64,000 nucleotides of DNA from Vermamoeba vermiformis. Taxonomy: Eukaryota. Position numbers and translations under genes: made by a program. The notes beneath the pieces are model-generated. The model ran no database searches. It saw only the letters and a list, made by a program, of their open reading frames with translations, and was not told where the DNA came from. The DNA is taken from assembly GCA_045837725.1 (NCBI GenBank), contig JBEWZL010000061.1, forward strand, positions 1-64,000. The letters run 5' to 3'. Within the stretch, counting starts at the first letter, position 1; the number at the start of each line of letters is the position of its first letter. This document shows positions 49,736 to 62,586 of the stretch, one piece after another.

Positions 49736-52700
49736 ATGTCGCTCTTCCAACAAAAGCAGCATTGGACGATTTTGGGTTGCTTACTCTTACTTCTCGCACT
49801 GAATTATTCAGCAGCGATGGATGTAACCGAATCTGACATTACTTTTTCTTCTCAGCTTATTGAGGTGAGTAAGCGTTGTATAGTTATTTTCCCGAATGCG
49901 ACTTCTTCATCTTTTTATTATGACTGGTCTGATTTATTTTGTAGACGCAATTAGTGTTCAGAAAAGATTCAAGCCGTTCCGCAAGTCAAGGCATCGGTCT
50001 GAGTGTATCTCTGAGTGGTCCAGGAGCACCTCAGATCAATCCAGAGGATGTATTGTACAAGAATGGAGGTTCAATCGAAGTTCGACCGGTAAGTTGTTTA
50101 TGGTTTCGGCTGTGTTGATTACGCTCGTTCTGACGAACACTTTACAGACTCAATCAGGCATCAGTGATGCGAACAAAATCAACGGTCATTCATCTTTTGT
50201 CGTGCTCACGTTGCTTGGCATCGCAGGGTTGTGTCTTGGACCAAAATTCAAGTCACCAATGACAGGTAACGTGCTCGAAATCTGTGTAGTGTGGTCGATC
50301 TAACTGGATTGTAGGAGTGCTATTTATATCTCTCGCGCTTCTTTTAAGCACAGTCATCTCACTGCAAGACTTCTCCGCTGACTGGACACTTGAAGTGGTT
50401 GCTACAGTCCCCGAGTCATTCACACTGCAATCACTGACCATTAACATGATGCGTGGCAGTGTTCGCACAGACGGTGATATTGGCATGGAGATCAACAACC
50501 TTCGCATCGACTTGTGTAATGCTGGTGAAAACTCCGTCGCGCTTGATGGCTTGAAGCTTAGTCAGTCGGCTTCCGTTTGCGCAACAGACGCAGTCACGTT
50601 GAGCAACCTTCAACTGACTGATGGCTCGTCGGTGGATGTTACATCGCTTGGAGGCTCAGCCACAGTTTCATCCAAGGTACGATGGACCGCGTCCATCTAA
50701 GGGTTAAATTTTACTGACACTATCTATCTTTAGAACGTTGCATTCAGTGGCTCATTCAATGTCTCATCTGGCGCAGGCTCGGCGGTTGCATCGGCTTGTA
50801 CATCACCTTCACTCACAATGAAGTCCGCTCAATTGCTTGTTGGCTCGTGTGGTACTCAACAACCTTTCGTATCAGTTCGTGCACACAGCGATGCCCTGTT
50901 TGCTGCTGAGGATACGTCAGTACCAGCAGGAGCAAAACAATGGTCAGATCCGTCAACATGGGGCGGAGAGCTTCCAAAAGACGGGCAAGCAGTCACTATC
51001 GCTGAAGCCGACACTATCCTTCTCGACACAACAACAGCGTCACTTGGCAACCTTGACATTCGAGGCACACTTATGGCAGATCCATCGAGTGACTTCTGGC
51101 TGATGGCAGATAGTATCAATGTGTATGGCACGCTTCGTGTTGGATGGCTCTCATCACCTTACACCCGTAACGGACGAATCACTCTCACTGGCGAGAAAAA
51201 GGGCAACTACACTCGCCGTGCTGCACCATTGCTTGCGTTCAGCAACGATGGAGTGTCACGTGGTCTTCGAGCACACAACGGCTCTACTCTCGAATTGCAC
51301 GGAGCACCAAGAACCATGTACACACGCCTGAACGATCACGCTGCACAAAACGATACTGTTCTCACTCTGGACTCAGTCGATGGATGGAATGTTGGCGATG
51401 AGATTGTCATATCACCTACTACATTCGTGACCACTAGTCAATCAGACAATCGTCGCATTGTTGCAATCGACCGAGAAGCAAGAAAAGTGACCATAGATTC
51501 GGGCTTGTCCTTTGCACGATGGGGCAAGCTTCAATATGTGACAGATCAAGGTCTCAGTCTGACACCAGGTGTGTTCCAAGAGCTCAAAGCACATCCTGAT
51601 GTCGCCGATGTTCTGGACGAGCGCGCAGTTGTGATTCATTTGACACGCAACATTGTGATCGAAGCACCAAACGACACTCACTGGCAACAAGGACATGGAG
51701 TTCATGTGATGTGGATGGGAGTGTCAACACGAGTTCATCTGAACGGTGTCGAAGTACATCGATGTGGACAAGCAGGAGCACTTGGAAGGTATCCACTTCA
51801 TGCCCACATGCAAAGCTACAACTTGCCCAATGGCCCCACTGAACCAAGCGATGGCACATTATTAGGCGATGTTGATGTATTTGTTCGCAACTGTGCGGTT
51901 CATGAAAGTGTCAACCGAGCGATTGTCATTCACGGCACATGTGGAGCACAATACGTGAACAACGTTGCATTTGACATTCTCGGTCATGCATACTTCTTTG
52001 AAGATGGCTCAGAGGTGCGCAACGACTTTATTGGCAATGTGGTTCTCAACGTGCGTGCTCCCATCAAAGAGAATCAGATACTGTTGACCGAGAGCTTTGT
52101 TGGATCAAGTGGCATCTGGTTCTCGAACGGCAACAATCGCCTCCGTGACAACATTGTCGGAGATGTACGTAACGGTGTTGGTGTATGGAACGCTTTTGCT
52201 CGAAAGCAACCACCTTCGTACGTGGATATTGTCACTCCAGGCGGCATTACCTTCCAGAATGTAAGCACGGAGGAGTGGCGCAGACGTCACAATCCCATGC
52301 CTGAGTCATGGACTTTCACCGCACGAAACGCCACTCATTGGTCAGCCGTTGGTTCACGAAGTGGCGCCCAGCCTGACCTCGTTACGGGAACGATGTACGA
52401 CAACGGTATTCTCACTGGATTCATGCTTAGTGGAACTGCCAGTGCAGGCGCCAAAGTGACATTCAGAGTTGATGGCTATGTTGGTGGTTGCTTTGGTCTA
52501 AGTCGCAATGTCAAATTATTCCCTCAGTTTACACCAACGCTCGACTACTTCAACAACACTGCCTTCTCTTGTTTTGCGTCAGGATTTATGACTGATTTCG
52601 CTGTCACAGACGAGATTGGCAATGTCGAGAGTTACAAGTTCATCACAACCAACGATTCACTCCCTGGTGAAGACCATAACAATCCACGACGCGTTTTCAC

Positions 52701-53949
52701 AACGTTCGTTCGTCATCGCTTTTGGATGAACAATGGCGGTGGCTATACCAACAGATTGTATCAGCCGCACTACATTGGATGGATTGGCGCTGATAACTAT
52801 GGCACAGATCTTCGAGGAGCCACTCAGATTGGCAAGATCGAACAAGGATTGTTCATTGGTCACTCGTTGAACAATCTCGAACCCCAGATCTTCACAAGAG
52901 CTCGACACGCTTTTGCGACCTACCACTTCTCGTTAGACTTTCATGACATGGTGATTATGAACTATCCTCCGCTGCCACGTCGAGACGTATTTATCGAACG
53001 AAAGCTGCTTGACATGCCTGGTGCTGTCGAGTCTTGGGACTTGTACTTGAATTCAGTCGAAATGGGATCGTACAAACTTCACAACTGGAAGCAGTTTAAC
53101 GTCACGTAAGTCCATTCAAATAATAGAAAGATTTTCTCGTTGACTATAACGAGGCCGAGCTCTAACTTAATCTTATTCAGTCAATTCGAACGCACCCCGC
53201 CACCAAACATCGAATACCTTTACCCATACAACGCTGGAGGTCCTGATGTTGATCAACGCTATTGGACGTTTTCAGGTGCGATGTTCGACAATGAAGGTAT
53301 TTTGGCAGGAAGACACGGCGACTACATTCTGTTCAATCACACATTCTTGACCTATGGCCTTTCGAACATTCGTCGCGTAGGCACACCAGAGTCCCTGACT
53401 GTTGCCACAAGTGACGTGTTCTATGGTTTGAAAGTGGGTGACGCTGACACTCGTGATGCATTCAACGATGCAGTGACGTTTGTGCGACTTAACAATAACT
53501 TCCAGTACGTCGCCAACTGGTCAATTGAAAACGGCCACAAAGCACAGATGCTGCCTAACATGCGTCACGCGTCAATTCTGAAAGGAGGCATCTATCGCGT
53601 GTACAATCAGGATATTACAACTCCGAACTCGCAGATCTATCAGCTGCTTGTATCCAACGCTAACAATGACAACGACACATTCATTGTTGGATTCCCTTGG
53701 GCAGCTAGTGCTCCAGTAATGATCTTATCGGGCCGTGCTGCGATCAATCCTGCTACCGGCCTTCCCTATGATGGTGAGATAACTTTGGGCTGGCAAGTTA
53801 TTGCCACAGAAGTGAGCTCACGCAATGCAATGACGACAACTCCACGAAGCTGGTGGCGCGACACAGCAACAAATCAGATCTGGTTCCATCATCGGGGTGG
53901 ATTCCCAGTCGATGGTAATCTGCATATTTATGCTCGACCTCCTGTATAA
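49736..53949 (+). CDS. Large secreted G8-domain + beta-helix protein (CEMIP/TMEM2/fibrocystin-like core)
   Basis: Signal peptide; G8 WSDPSTWGGELPKDG..ILLD..L.IRGTL; WNVGDEIVISPT; DERAVV..LTRNIVI; GQAGALGRYPLHAH; ESVNRAIVIHGT; GHAYFFEDGSE. Confidence 0.9.
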
Positions 53950-54190
53950 TAATTTAGTAAATTTTTGGAACACGGTATTGTTGACGTCTATTACTGGGAC
54001 GATCACGGCAACAAACAGTGCCAGCAATATGGGAATTAAATCATGCCTCGAGGCAGTTAGTCATGCTTTGTCTCACTCGTGGACTTCAACACGTCGTATG
54101 TTCAACTTGTTTTTGCATTTTAATATAACTCTTAAATTAGTGCTAATCATAAAATGAGAACGAAAATTTCAAAGAGGACTTTGTCCCATC

Positions 54191-54265
54191 CAGCGTTAAC
54201 TTTTCGTCCAAAAATTTGGACAAAGTGTCCCTTCCGAAAAAGCCCTCAGCGTTAACTTTTCGTCC
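54191..54265 (+). repeat. 19-bp perfect direct repeat CAGCGTTAACTTTTCGTCC (54191-54209, 54247-54265) upstream of the LRR gene
   Basis: Read directly. A 9-bp inverted repeat ACTTTGTCC/GGACAAAGT (54178-54186 / 54218-54226) brackets the first copy. Confidence 0.8.
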
Positions 54266-54340
54266 TCCAAAAATTCATTTATTTCGTATTGAAGGCAACA
54301 AATAATAAATTGATATTAATACTTTGTACGCTACTTGATT

Positions 54341-55884
54341 ATGAGCGAATTGGTAAGCTGACTTTTAGTGGCGATCAGATTTACTATTTGTTATCTGACT
54401 TTTAGACTTAATTAATGATGTAAACTTAGGAATATGAAGAAGGCCTAAGGCTCTATGTAAGGACGAGTGAGGACGCACGTAATTTTATCAACGCAGTTCA
54501 AGAGAATATTACCCCCATTGAAAGCGTTAATTTTGATTTCAAGGAGAATTTTGACCTAGACGAATTAGTGACAGTATTGCGTTCATGCAAAGTAGAAACT
54601 GTTAGTCTCTCCAAGATAATTGATATTGACGTGTGTCCGATCTTACGAGCCTTGCAATTTACCCAATTAGAGGCCATTGCAATACACTACCGTTTATCTG
54701 ACGAAGAATACGAAGCACTTGCTTGCGCCTTGCAAAATGCTGGTCTTCACCAATTCCAGTATCATGTCCATTATTGGGCTTTCGAGGGTCCAACAAAATT
54801 ATGGGCTCCAATTATTCCTGTATTATCGACACACAAATCAATAGTCAGTATTCTTCTTCATTCGGTTCGATCGCCAGCTTATGCTGCACTTGGTCAAATT
54901 CTGTCACAAAACACGGTGATACGGAAACTTCATATCGGCGAGAAAGATGATGCTCTCACTACTGAAGACATGACGCACATTGTGAACGGATTAAAGCACA
55001 ATACGACCGTCAAGTATCTGTTTATTGGAGGAGAAGTGACATCAGAAGCACTGAGCGTGCTTTGCGAATCATTTGAGGACAATCAGATCCCAATAGAAGA
55101 ATTGCAGAGCGGTATCGAATTTACGCAAGAACATGTATCCAAATTAAGCAAGTCACTACTATCAAACTACACGTTAAAATCGCTGTACAACCAGGACGCA
55201 CTTCAAGATCCGATCAGCTGTCAATTATTCAGCAAAGCATTGGCTTCAAATGTCGGACTCAAACGCATACACACATCTATAGGTAATTGTGGAATAGATG
55301 GTGCAAAATACTTCTTCGAAGCATTGCAAGTCAACAAGACAATCGAAGAGCTGGATCTGCGACTGAAGAACGAACAATTGGCACACTTCAATTTAATCAG
55401 TCGAAATTCATCATTAAGGAAGCTTTCTATATGGTTTGAAGACTTAAATCAAGGTGAAGGCAATGAGCCCGTGGATCAACTTTATGAAGGTCTAAAGTAC
55501 AACACATCAATTACTAGCTGCCAATTTTATTGGTTTGCCGACAATGAAGAAATACGCAACAACGTGATTAGCAAACTGATCGATGTTCTTGAGCACAATC
55601 TTGCACTCGAAGCCTTTCACGTTCAGGGTCACCGAACTCCTGAGCAACTACAGCCATACGTTACACGCAACATCAAGCTCAAATCTGACTTGCAAGTGGC
55701 AGTAGCAACAATATCCCACAACATTGCACGAGACGATGGGGCATTAGCGATGCTTCCTCGTGAGCTCTGGATCTCGATCTTGTCGAAAGTCACTCATCCA
55801 GGAACACCATCTTTCGAACACTTAATTGCGAATATATTTGATATGTATCACTATGACGACAGAAAGCACGAGCGCTCACAATAA
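54341..55884 (+). CDS. RNI-like (NLRC3-type) LRR protein with C-terminal F-box-like motif
   Basis: Repeats LxxNTxIxxL (LSQNTVIRKLHI, LKHNTTVKYL, LQVNKTIEELDL, LKYNTSIT); MLPRELWISILSKV near the C-terminus; 12-nt first exon ATGAGCGAATTG^GT. Confidence 0.85.
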
Positions 55885-56367
55885 TAGAACGTCTTACATT
55901 AACGTGCCAATGTGGCTCAAAAAATAAAGCCATTTTTCGATTTTAACAACATAGCCGATGGTAATATCATAATATTAACGTAAAATAGACTTTGATACTG
56001 CAGTATTGTGGTATTAACACCTGCTCCGAGAGTCGCAACTTGGAATCCAGCCTCGACGCCAACGTACATTGTGTAAGTTCGAGATCTGACATTTAGCTCC
56101 AATAATTTTACTAATTTAACAATTATTCACAATGTAATAAAAATAATGTGTATGCAAGCACAAGGAAATTCATTAGTATTTTCTTATTATTTCAAAATCG
56201 AAAACTAATAATAACTCAAATAATTTATAATAACCTGGCCCCGGATCTTCTTTCTAAGTCGAGATTATGAATAACAGCCTGTGGTACGTAAGACTAACGA
56301 TAATTTATAGCAATAGAATTACAAATTAAGAAGAACGAAACAATTAAAGCTTGTCAAAGCACAATAG

Positions 56368-58681
56368 TCAGTTGAAAGTAAGGAACAACAGCGCGGTGAC
56401 TAAAATTGATAGCACACCACGATATTCGAATTGAGTCGCTGCAGTGCTAACTCCAGAGGGAGATCTGCTTGCGACCGGCGTAGTAGCAGTGTAGGGAGGA
56501 GAAGTGACTGGTCCGGGCACTGAAACGATTTCTGCATCAATTCGTTAGTACTTATTTGCGGATTAATAGTAGTCACTTACTCGCTGGAGTGACAGACCAA
56601 ACCGGATGTGGATTAAAATTTTGTTTCATTTCGGGCCAGTTGGTCGCATTAACCATTCTGAAATATGATTCAACAGCACCAGGTACTCCTAATTGCACGG
56701 CATACGCGATAGCAGGCTGAAGATTGCCCCACATACTTTTCACCCAAGATCCAATGTCATACTCGGCACTCAGTACTCCTTCTTGTGTGCTCAGCCAAGT
56801 CGGTGGCGTAGCGAATGTGGCAGCGTAAACAGCGGACCAATCAGCGAGCCAGGGACCCGCGCCTGTTTGGAAGTTGGGAATGTCGACGCTTGAGACCTTA
56901 ATCGTGTACGGAGCTCCGTTGATGTACCAGAAGCCAGTGGACGGTCCTAATCTGCCTACAATAGTCTTAGCCTTCCATTGGAAGAATTCCATGGCTTTTT
57001 GGTTGTCTGGATCCGACACTGGCAGATCGAGCGAGATCGCGTGACCCCAAGCAGCCGTAACAAAGTCTTGTTGCCATACAGCCACAACACTCGTGGCCTC
57101 GCCGCCATTGCCGTTGCTATATGCTTCTCCAGGCTGAATAAGTCCAAAGTCGTTGTTTTTTTGCTGGATGTACTTGGCGTGGTGGAACCGGATGTTGCTC
57201 TCCCAGCTCGCTTTGAAGTTGTTGCGATAGTCGTCCGCATCAGGAGTGACTGAATATGCTTGGGCGAGGGCTCTGATCATCCATGCTGAAGAACGAGTCT
57301 GCACGGCACCAACGACTGAATGCAAAATGCCAGAGCTGAAATTTCGCACGATTTCGCTGTCAGTGAGGCCCAAGTAGTTGGTGGTGGCTGCGAACTGCAC
57401 TTGTTCCATGAACAGCCAGCGGCCAGTGACTAAATAAGCCAAGTAGCCTACTGACGGTGAGTGTGCAGGGTCCCATTTAGGAGCTGCAGTTCCGTTACAG
57501 CGCGGAGTGATGTCGTACTTGGTCGAGGCACCATTGTTGTGGTATCGGCACGTGTCATCAATGACCAAATTAGGATAGTCGCTGAATCGAAGAGGTTTCA
57601 GCGTATTTTCATCGCGCCAAATCAGCGGATAACGACCAGCACTGTAGCCATTGAACACGATGCCTTTGTAGACTATACTGGCGTTAACGGAGGTCAAATA
57701 TGCCACGTCGTGCTCGGGAAGCATGCCAATGGGCCGCTGATAGCCAGGTGAAGGCATTGAATCGTAGTCGTAGTCGAAGTTGCCTTGCTGTAAGGGCACA
57801 AAAGAGCGAACTAAACGGATCAGCGCTCCTTGACCCGCATCAGCATCGGCAAAGTATGACGGAACAAGCAGTGAGGCTTGCATGTAGATCGTGTCGTGGT
57901 GGACTGTAACGGCAGGATCTGTTGCACCGAACCAATAAGAAAGAGCTGTTCCTGATAATAGAGGAGTGCGTGTATGGGTAGGAAGATCGATGAAACTGGT
58001 GAAGAGAGAGTCACCACCCAATTGGAAGTTGAAATTGGCGGTTTTGTTGGTCGGATTGGGAACGCGGATGTAGCCGTTTTCGATCCAAGGAAGAACTTCG
58101 ACCGCTCCTCCTTTGTAAAGTCGCACGTCTAACCAAGCAACGAGATGAGGGTCATTTCCAACAGGCTTGCGGTAAATCCAGTTCGACATCTGCCAGCCCG
58201 AAATCCATTCCAAGTGAGGAGAGTCCCAATCAGCATTTTGCCACGAAACACTTCCATAGCTCTCACAGTCTATCGCTGCAGTAAGACCAGTGGCCTTCAA
58301 ATCGCTAAGCGTGAGAGGAGAACCGTTCGGGTCACTCGTGGATGGACCAAGGGTCACAACCAACGGAGAGTCTGCTGTAAGAGCTGCATGGCCAGAAATT
58401 ATGGCATATTTTAATGAGCCATCTGACCAATAGTTTTTCGGCACGACTTGCATTTCGGCTAGATTTGAAGCAGCAACGTTTTGACCAGATGCGACGTGGC
58501 CCTTGACGAAAGAGAAGCCCAACGTGAATGGTGCGCTGCCAGTAACAGGACTAAGCAGCGCAAAAGACATCGAGCCAGTGGGAGATGGCACGGCTACGGC
58601 GGAGTACGTCGTGTTGAGACATGAAACGGATGTTGACAGCGAGCAAAAAAATGCCGCGCACAAAACAAGTCCAAGGTACAT
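56368..58681 (-). CDS. Secreted, GPI-like-anchored protein with a bacterial-like core (N-terminus resembles PcRGLX/YetA-type lyase barrel); exons 58681-56581, 56531-56368
   Basis: Signal peptide; PFTLGFSF.KG..KNYWSDGSLKYAIISG; WDPAHSPSVGYLAYLVTG; VWQQDF. A 49-nt intron adds ..PVASRSPSGVSTAATQFEYRGVLSILVTALLFLTFN*. Confidence 0.75.
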
Positions 58682-58965
58682 GTTGTTGAATGATATGAAT
58701 ATGTTAAAAAAAATAACTCTTCGCGTATTGACAACTTGTTAAAGGTAGCTGAGGTCCCCTATTTGTCCCGTGCTGATTTTGGTCAGAAAGATACGCGAAT
58801 CTTTGACGTGCGTTGCTGAAAGCAAGACAACATATTAGGCAGCAGCATTCCTACGTGAGAAACAGAGGAGTAGAGACGTGTGTCAAGGTAGGCCAGCGGA
58901 CATTCAAATGTGAGACTTTGTTTATCATCGTTTTGTTCGAACAAACGCTCAACTATTATTATAGT

Positions 58966-60504
58966 TTACATGAATGCAAGAGCGATTGTTGTCAAGAGCG
59001 AGGCAACGCCCAGTTTAAGAGCACCAGCGCTGCTCACTTTTGTTGGGGTGGCTTGAATGTTTGCAACAGGAGCGACAGGAGGAGCAGGACACGTGACGGT
59101 CGCATTGCAATACACTGCTGGTCCAAAGCCCTTCGTGAACGAGAACTGAACTTCGAGCTCTTGGTTGTTAATGAGACTAAAGCCGTTCATCTTCGCAGTA
59201 ACAGCACCGCACTGAGGATTGTTGACGGTGTACAACGGAGTGGCAGTCAAGTCTGTGCACGAGTCAACCTGTTTGTCGTTGCAAGTCACGTTGATTGGCT
59301 TAGAGAAGCAGAGGGGAGCAGTGTAGAATGTCACTCCATAGCCGCCCGAAATACCGGTAAGCGAAACGAGAATCAGGTCGTTATTGTTGATTGCCATGCC
59401 AAAACCAAAGAGTCCGGCGCCACCAATCAAGTCAACAGTGGGATTCCACACGCCGTTCTCGCGAGTGAGCATTAAGACTTTACCACCGGCGATAGTTTGG
59501 CCGCTGTATCCGTCAAAAGCAACACTGACCAGCATCGTGTCCGCATCGATGAAAATGACCGAGAAGCCCATAAGACCAACTGGTTTGTATCCAAGCTCGA
59601 GCAAATCGAACCTTTGGTATGTCCAGGCGTTGGCTGTCTTTGTGTAAAGGTAGACCGCGCCATACGTGGAGGGATTGGAGGCCAGCAGCTCTGCAAATCG
59701 GGCGTAGACCAGAGTTTCTCCGTTGTAGCTGACACCGCCGGGGAGTTGATCAGCAGTACTATTGACGGGCACAGAGTCAACGAGTTTCCAAGACTTGTCT
59801 GCTTGTCGTTCGTAGATGTTGATCGTGAAGTTTTGCGGATTAAAAGTGTCGAGAATCACCAAATGAGTGTCAGTTGCGCGGTAAGTGCTGGCGTCTCCTA
59901 AGTAAGCAGCAGTCGTTCTAACCACGAGTTCAGTGCCAGGAACGTTGAGCCAAGTGTTGTTTGAGGCCTCGTATTGGTAGGTTCTGATCGTGTAGTTGCC
60001 ATCGCTCAGCGGAGACGGATCGTAGCCAACAAAAGTGTCGTCAGAGAGCAAGAAGCCACCAACAGTAGAAGCAATGGTACTTCCATTGGAGACGTTGTTG
60101 CTGTCATCGATAGTGAATAGAGTCGCAGCAGTGCCGGATAGAGCAGTGGTCGCGATCCACTTGCCGTTGGTTATCACGTAAACTTGTACATTTTCGGTGA
60201 AGTTGGCAACAGGTACGTAGATACCTTCAGCATTGCGACGTCTGATTGCTAAAGCGGCAGCGACTGAATTCGAAGTGTCAGGATAGACGAGCAGATCATT
60301 CTTCACTCCAAGACTGACGCTATAACCGTTGATTGCGCTTATCGTAGACCATTGAGGTTCGAGGGTGAAAGTCTAATTTGTGGTAAAGTCAGTTAAATAA
60401 TCATAATGGATGAAAACGAAGTGACTTTAAACATGACTTACTGGGCGCTCGGCACTAACAGCCACGGCTAAAATAACAACTACGAAACTGAGCAATAGCT
60501 TCAT
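58966..60504 (-). CDS. Surface protein family copy 1 (FG-GAP-like beta-propeller, Cys-rich domain, GPI-like tail)
   Basis: Signal-peptide exon MKLLLSFVVVILAVAVSAERP^; GAVYLYTK..W, GKVLMLTR..W, FGFGMAI motifs; hydrophobic tail. Confidence 0.8.
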
Positions 60505-61034
60505 GATGTGGTCTTGGTGCTCAACGTTGAATTGAAATTATAAGAAGAGTGTGTTCGCAGTTGCTATTTATACGTTGCTAAAGTGACACTTTATGACGTT
60601 TAAACCGATCTCCGAGCGAGATTATTGAATTGCAGACTTTGGTTTCGGCATCAAAGATAATCAAAATTTTCTAATTATGGATATTATAATAATTCCAAAC
60701 CTTTGCATAATCTCGGGTACTATTTCGCATCGAAATGACGATGATGGTGATCATGATGATTATGCAGTACAAGAATGCTTCGAACAGGTGCGTATGTTTC
60801 CGATTTTTTACTTTTGCATTGAATTTACGTCCAATGAAATACTGCACGAGATTAAATTGTGTCATGTATTGAGTGGTGGCCCAAATACTCAATAACGTTA
60901 ACCAATTATTCGCACCAAATTAGAAAAATCATGCTAAAAATACCTTGCATTGACGACACTGGTCAGAAAACGCTTACATTGCAATGATTTTTTAACTACA
61001 GTCTTATTATTGTAATGTCAACGTTTATTTAAGT

Positions 61035-62586
61035 TTACATGAATGCGAGAGCGATCGTGGTCAAGAGCGAGGCAACACCAAGTTGAAGAGCACCAGCGCT
61101 GCTCACTTTTGTTGGAGTGGCTTGAATGTTTGCAACAGGAGCGACATGAGGAGCAGGACACGTAACAGTCGCATTGCAATACACTGTCGGTCCAAAGTTC
61201 TTCGTGAACGAGAACTGAGTTTCAACGGCTTGGTTGTTGACGAGACTGAAGCCCTCAATCGTAGCAGTAACAGCACCGCACTGAGGATTGTTGACAGTGT
61301 ACAGCGAAGAGAAGTCGACGCCAGAGCATTCGCTGACTTGTTCGTTGGTGCAAGTCACGTTGATCGGATCACTAAAGCAAAGAGCTACCGAGTAGAACGA
61401 CACAAAGTAGTTGGTTGAATAGGAAATCAACGATGCCGCGATGATATCACCATCATTGGCGCCCAAGCCAATGCCAAAAAGACCGGATCCACCCACGATA
61501 TCGAGAGAGGGTTGCCACTCGCCAGTGGCATTGCGAGTGAGCATCAAAACCTTGCCACCGTTAAGGACTGTATTACCGCCAACGTAACCTACGAGAGAGG
61601 CAGACAAGAGTAGAGTGTTGGTGTTGAGGAAGAGGACTGTGTATCCGAGGGCGCCCGTTGGTTTGTAGCCAAGGTCAAGGACTCCAAAAGCAGTTTCAGT
61701 CCACACGCCATTGCTCTTGGTGTAGAGGAACGCAACGCCGAAAGTGGTGTCGGGTAGCGTGGCAGCAGGATAAGCCACAACGACCGTGTCAACACCGTTG
61801 AAGGTGACACTGCCCGGTTGTCCAAAGGAGCTGTTGACATGCACTGAGTCCATGAAGCTCCACGACTTGTCGGCCTGGCGCTGGTAGATCATAACAGTAG
61901 AGTTGGAATAAGCTGGATCCACCGCAGTGAATACCAAGTGCGATTCAGTTACGCGGTACGAAGAGTAGTCTCCTTGCCATTTAAGTTGATTGCTAATAGT
62001 CACTTCAGTGCCAGGAATGTTGAGCCAAGTGTTGTTTGATGCTTCGTATTGATAGGTTCTGATGGTGTAGTTGCCATCGTTCAGCGGAGAATTCGGGATC
62101 GTAGCCAACAAAAGTGTCGTCAGAGAGCAAGAAGCCACCAACAGTAGAAGCGATAGTGCTCGTGTTAGAGAGCTTATTATTGGCATCAATAGTAAAGAGC
62201 GTCGCACCACCGCCGTTATTAGCAAGAGCCAAGGTCGCGATCCACTTTCCGTTTGTAGTGGCATACACCGTTGGAGCTTCAGTGAAGTTAGCTACCTGTT
62301 CGTAAATTCCTTCAGCATTTCGACGTCTAATAACCATTGTGGGAGTTCCAGAAACGTCAAGGTAGATCATCAGATCTTTGTGGGTTGTCAGCCCGATGTT
62401 GTAAAGGGAGAGTGTAGTGACGGTAGAAATACCCATTGGTTCGAGAGTGAAACTCTGAATCATGATATTAATAATTTATGATTTTAAGAATAAGACGCAA
62501 CGGTCTTCGAGCTTGACACTTACTGGTCGTTCAGTGAACGCAAGAGTCACCAATACAGCGACGATCAAGCCCAGTAACAGCTTCAT
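61035..62586 (-). pseudogene. Surface protein family copy 2, frameshifted at about 62095
   Basis: Paralog of copy 1. Reads GAT CCC GAA T TCT CCG where copy 1 has GAT CCG TCT CCG; removing one C restores the frame. Confidence 0.75.
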
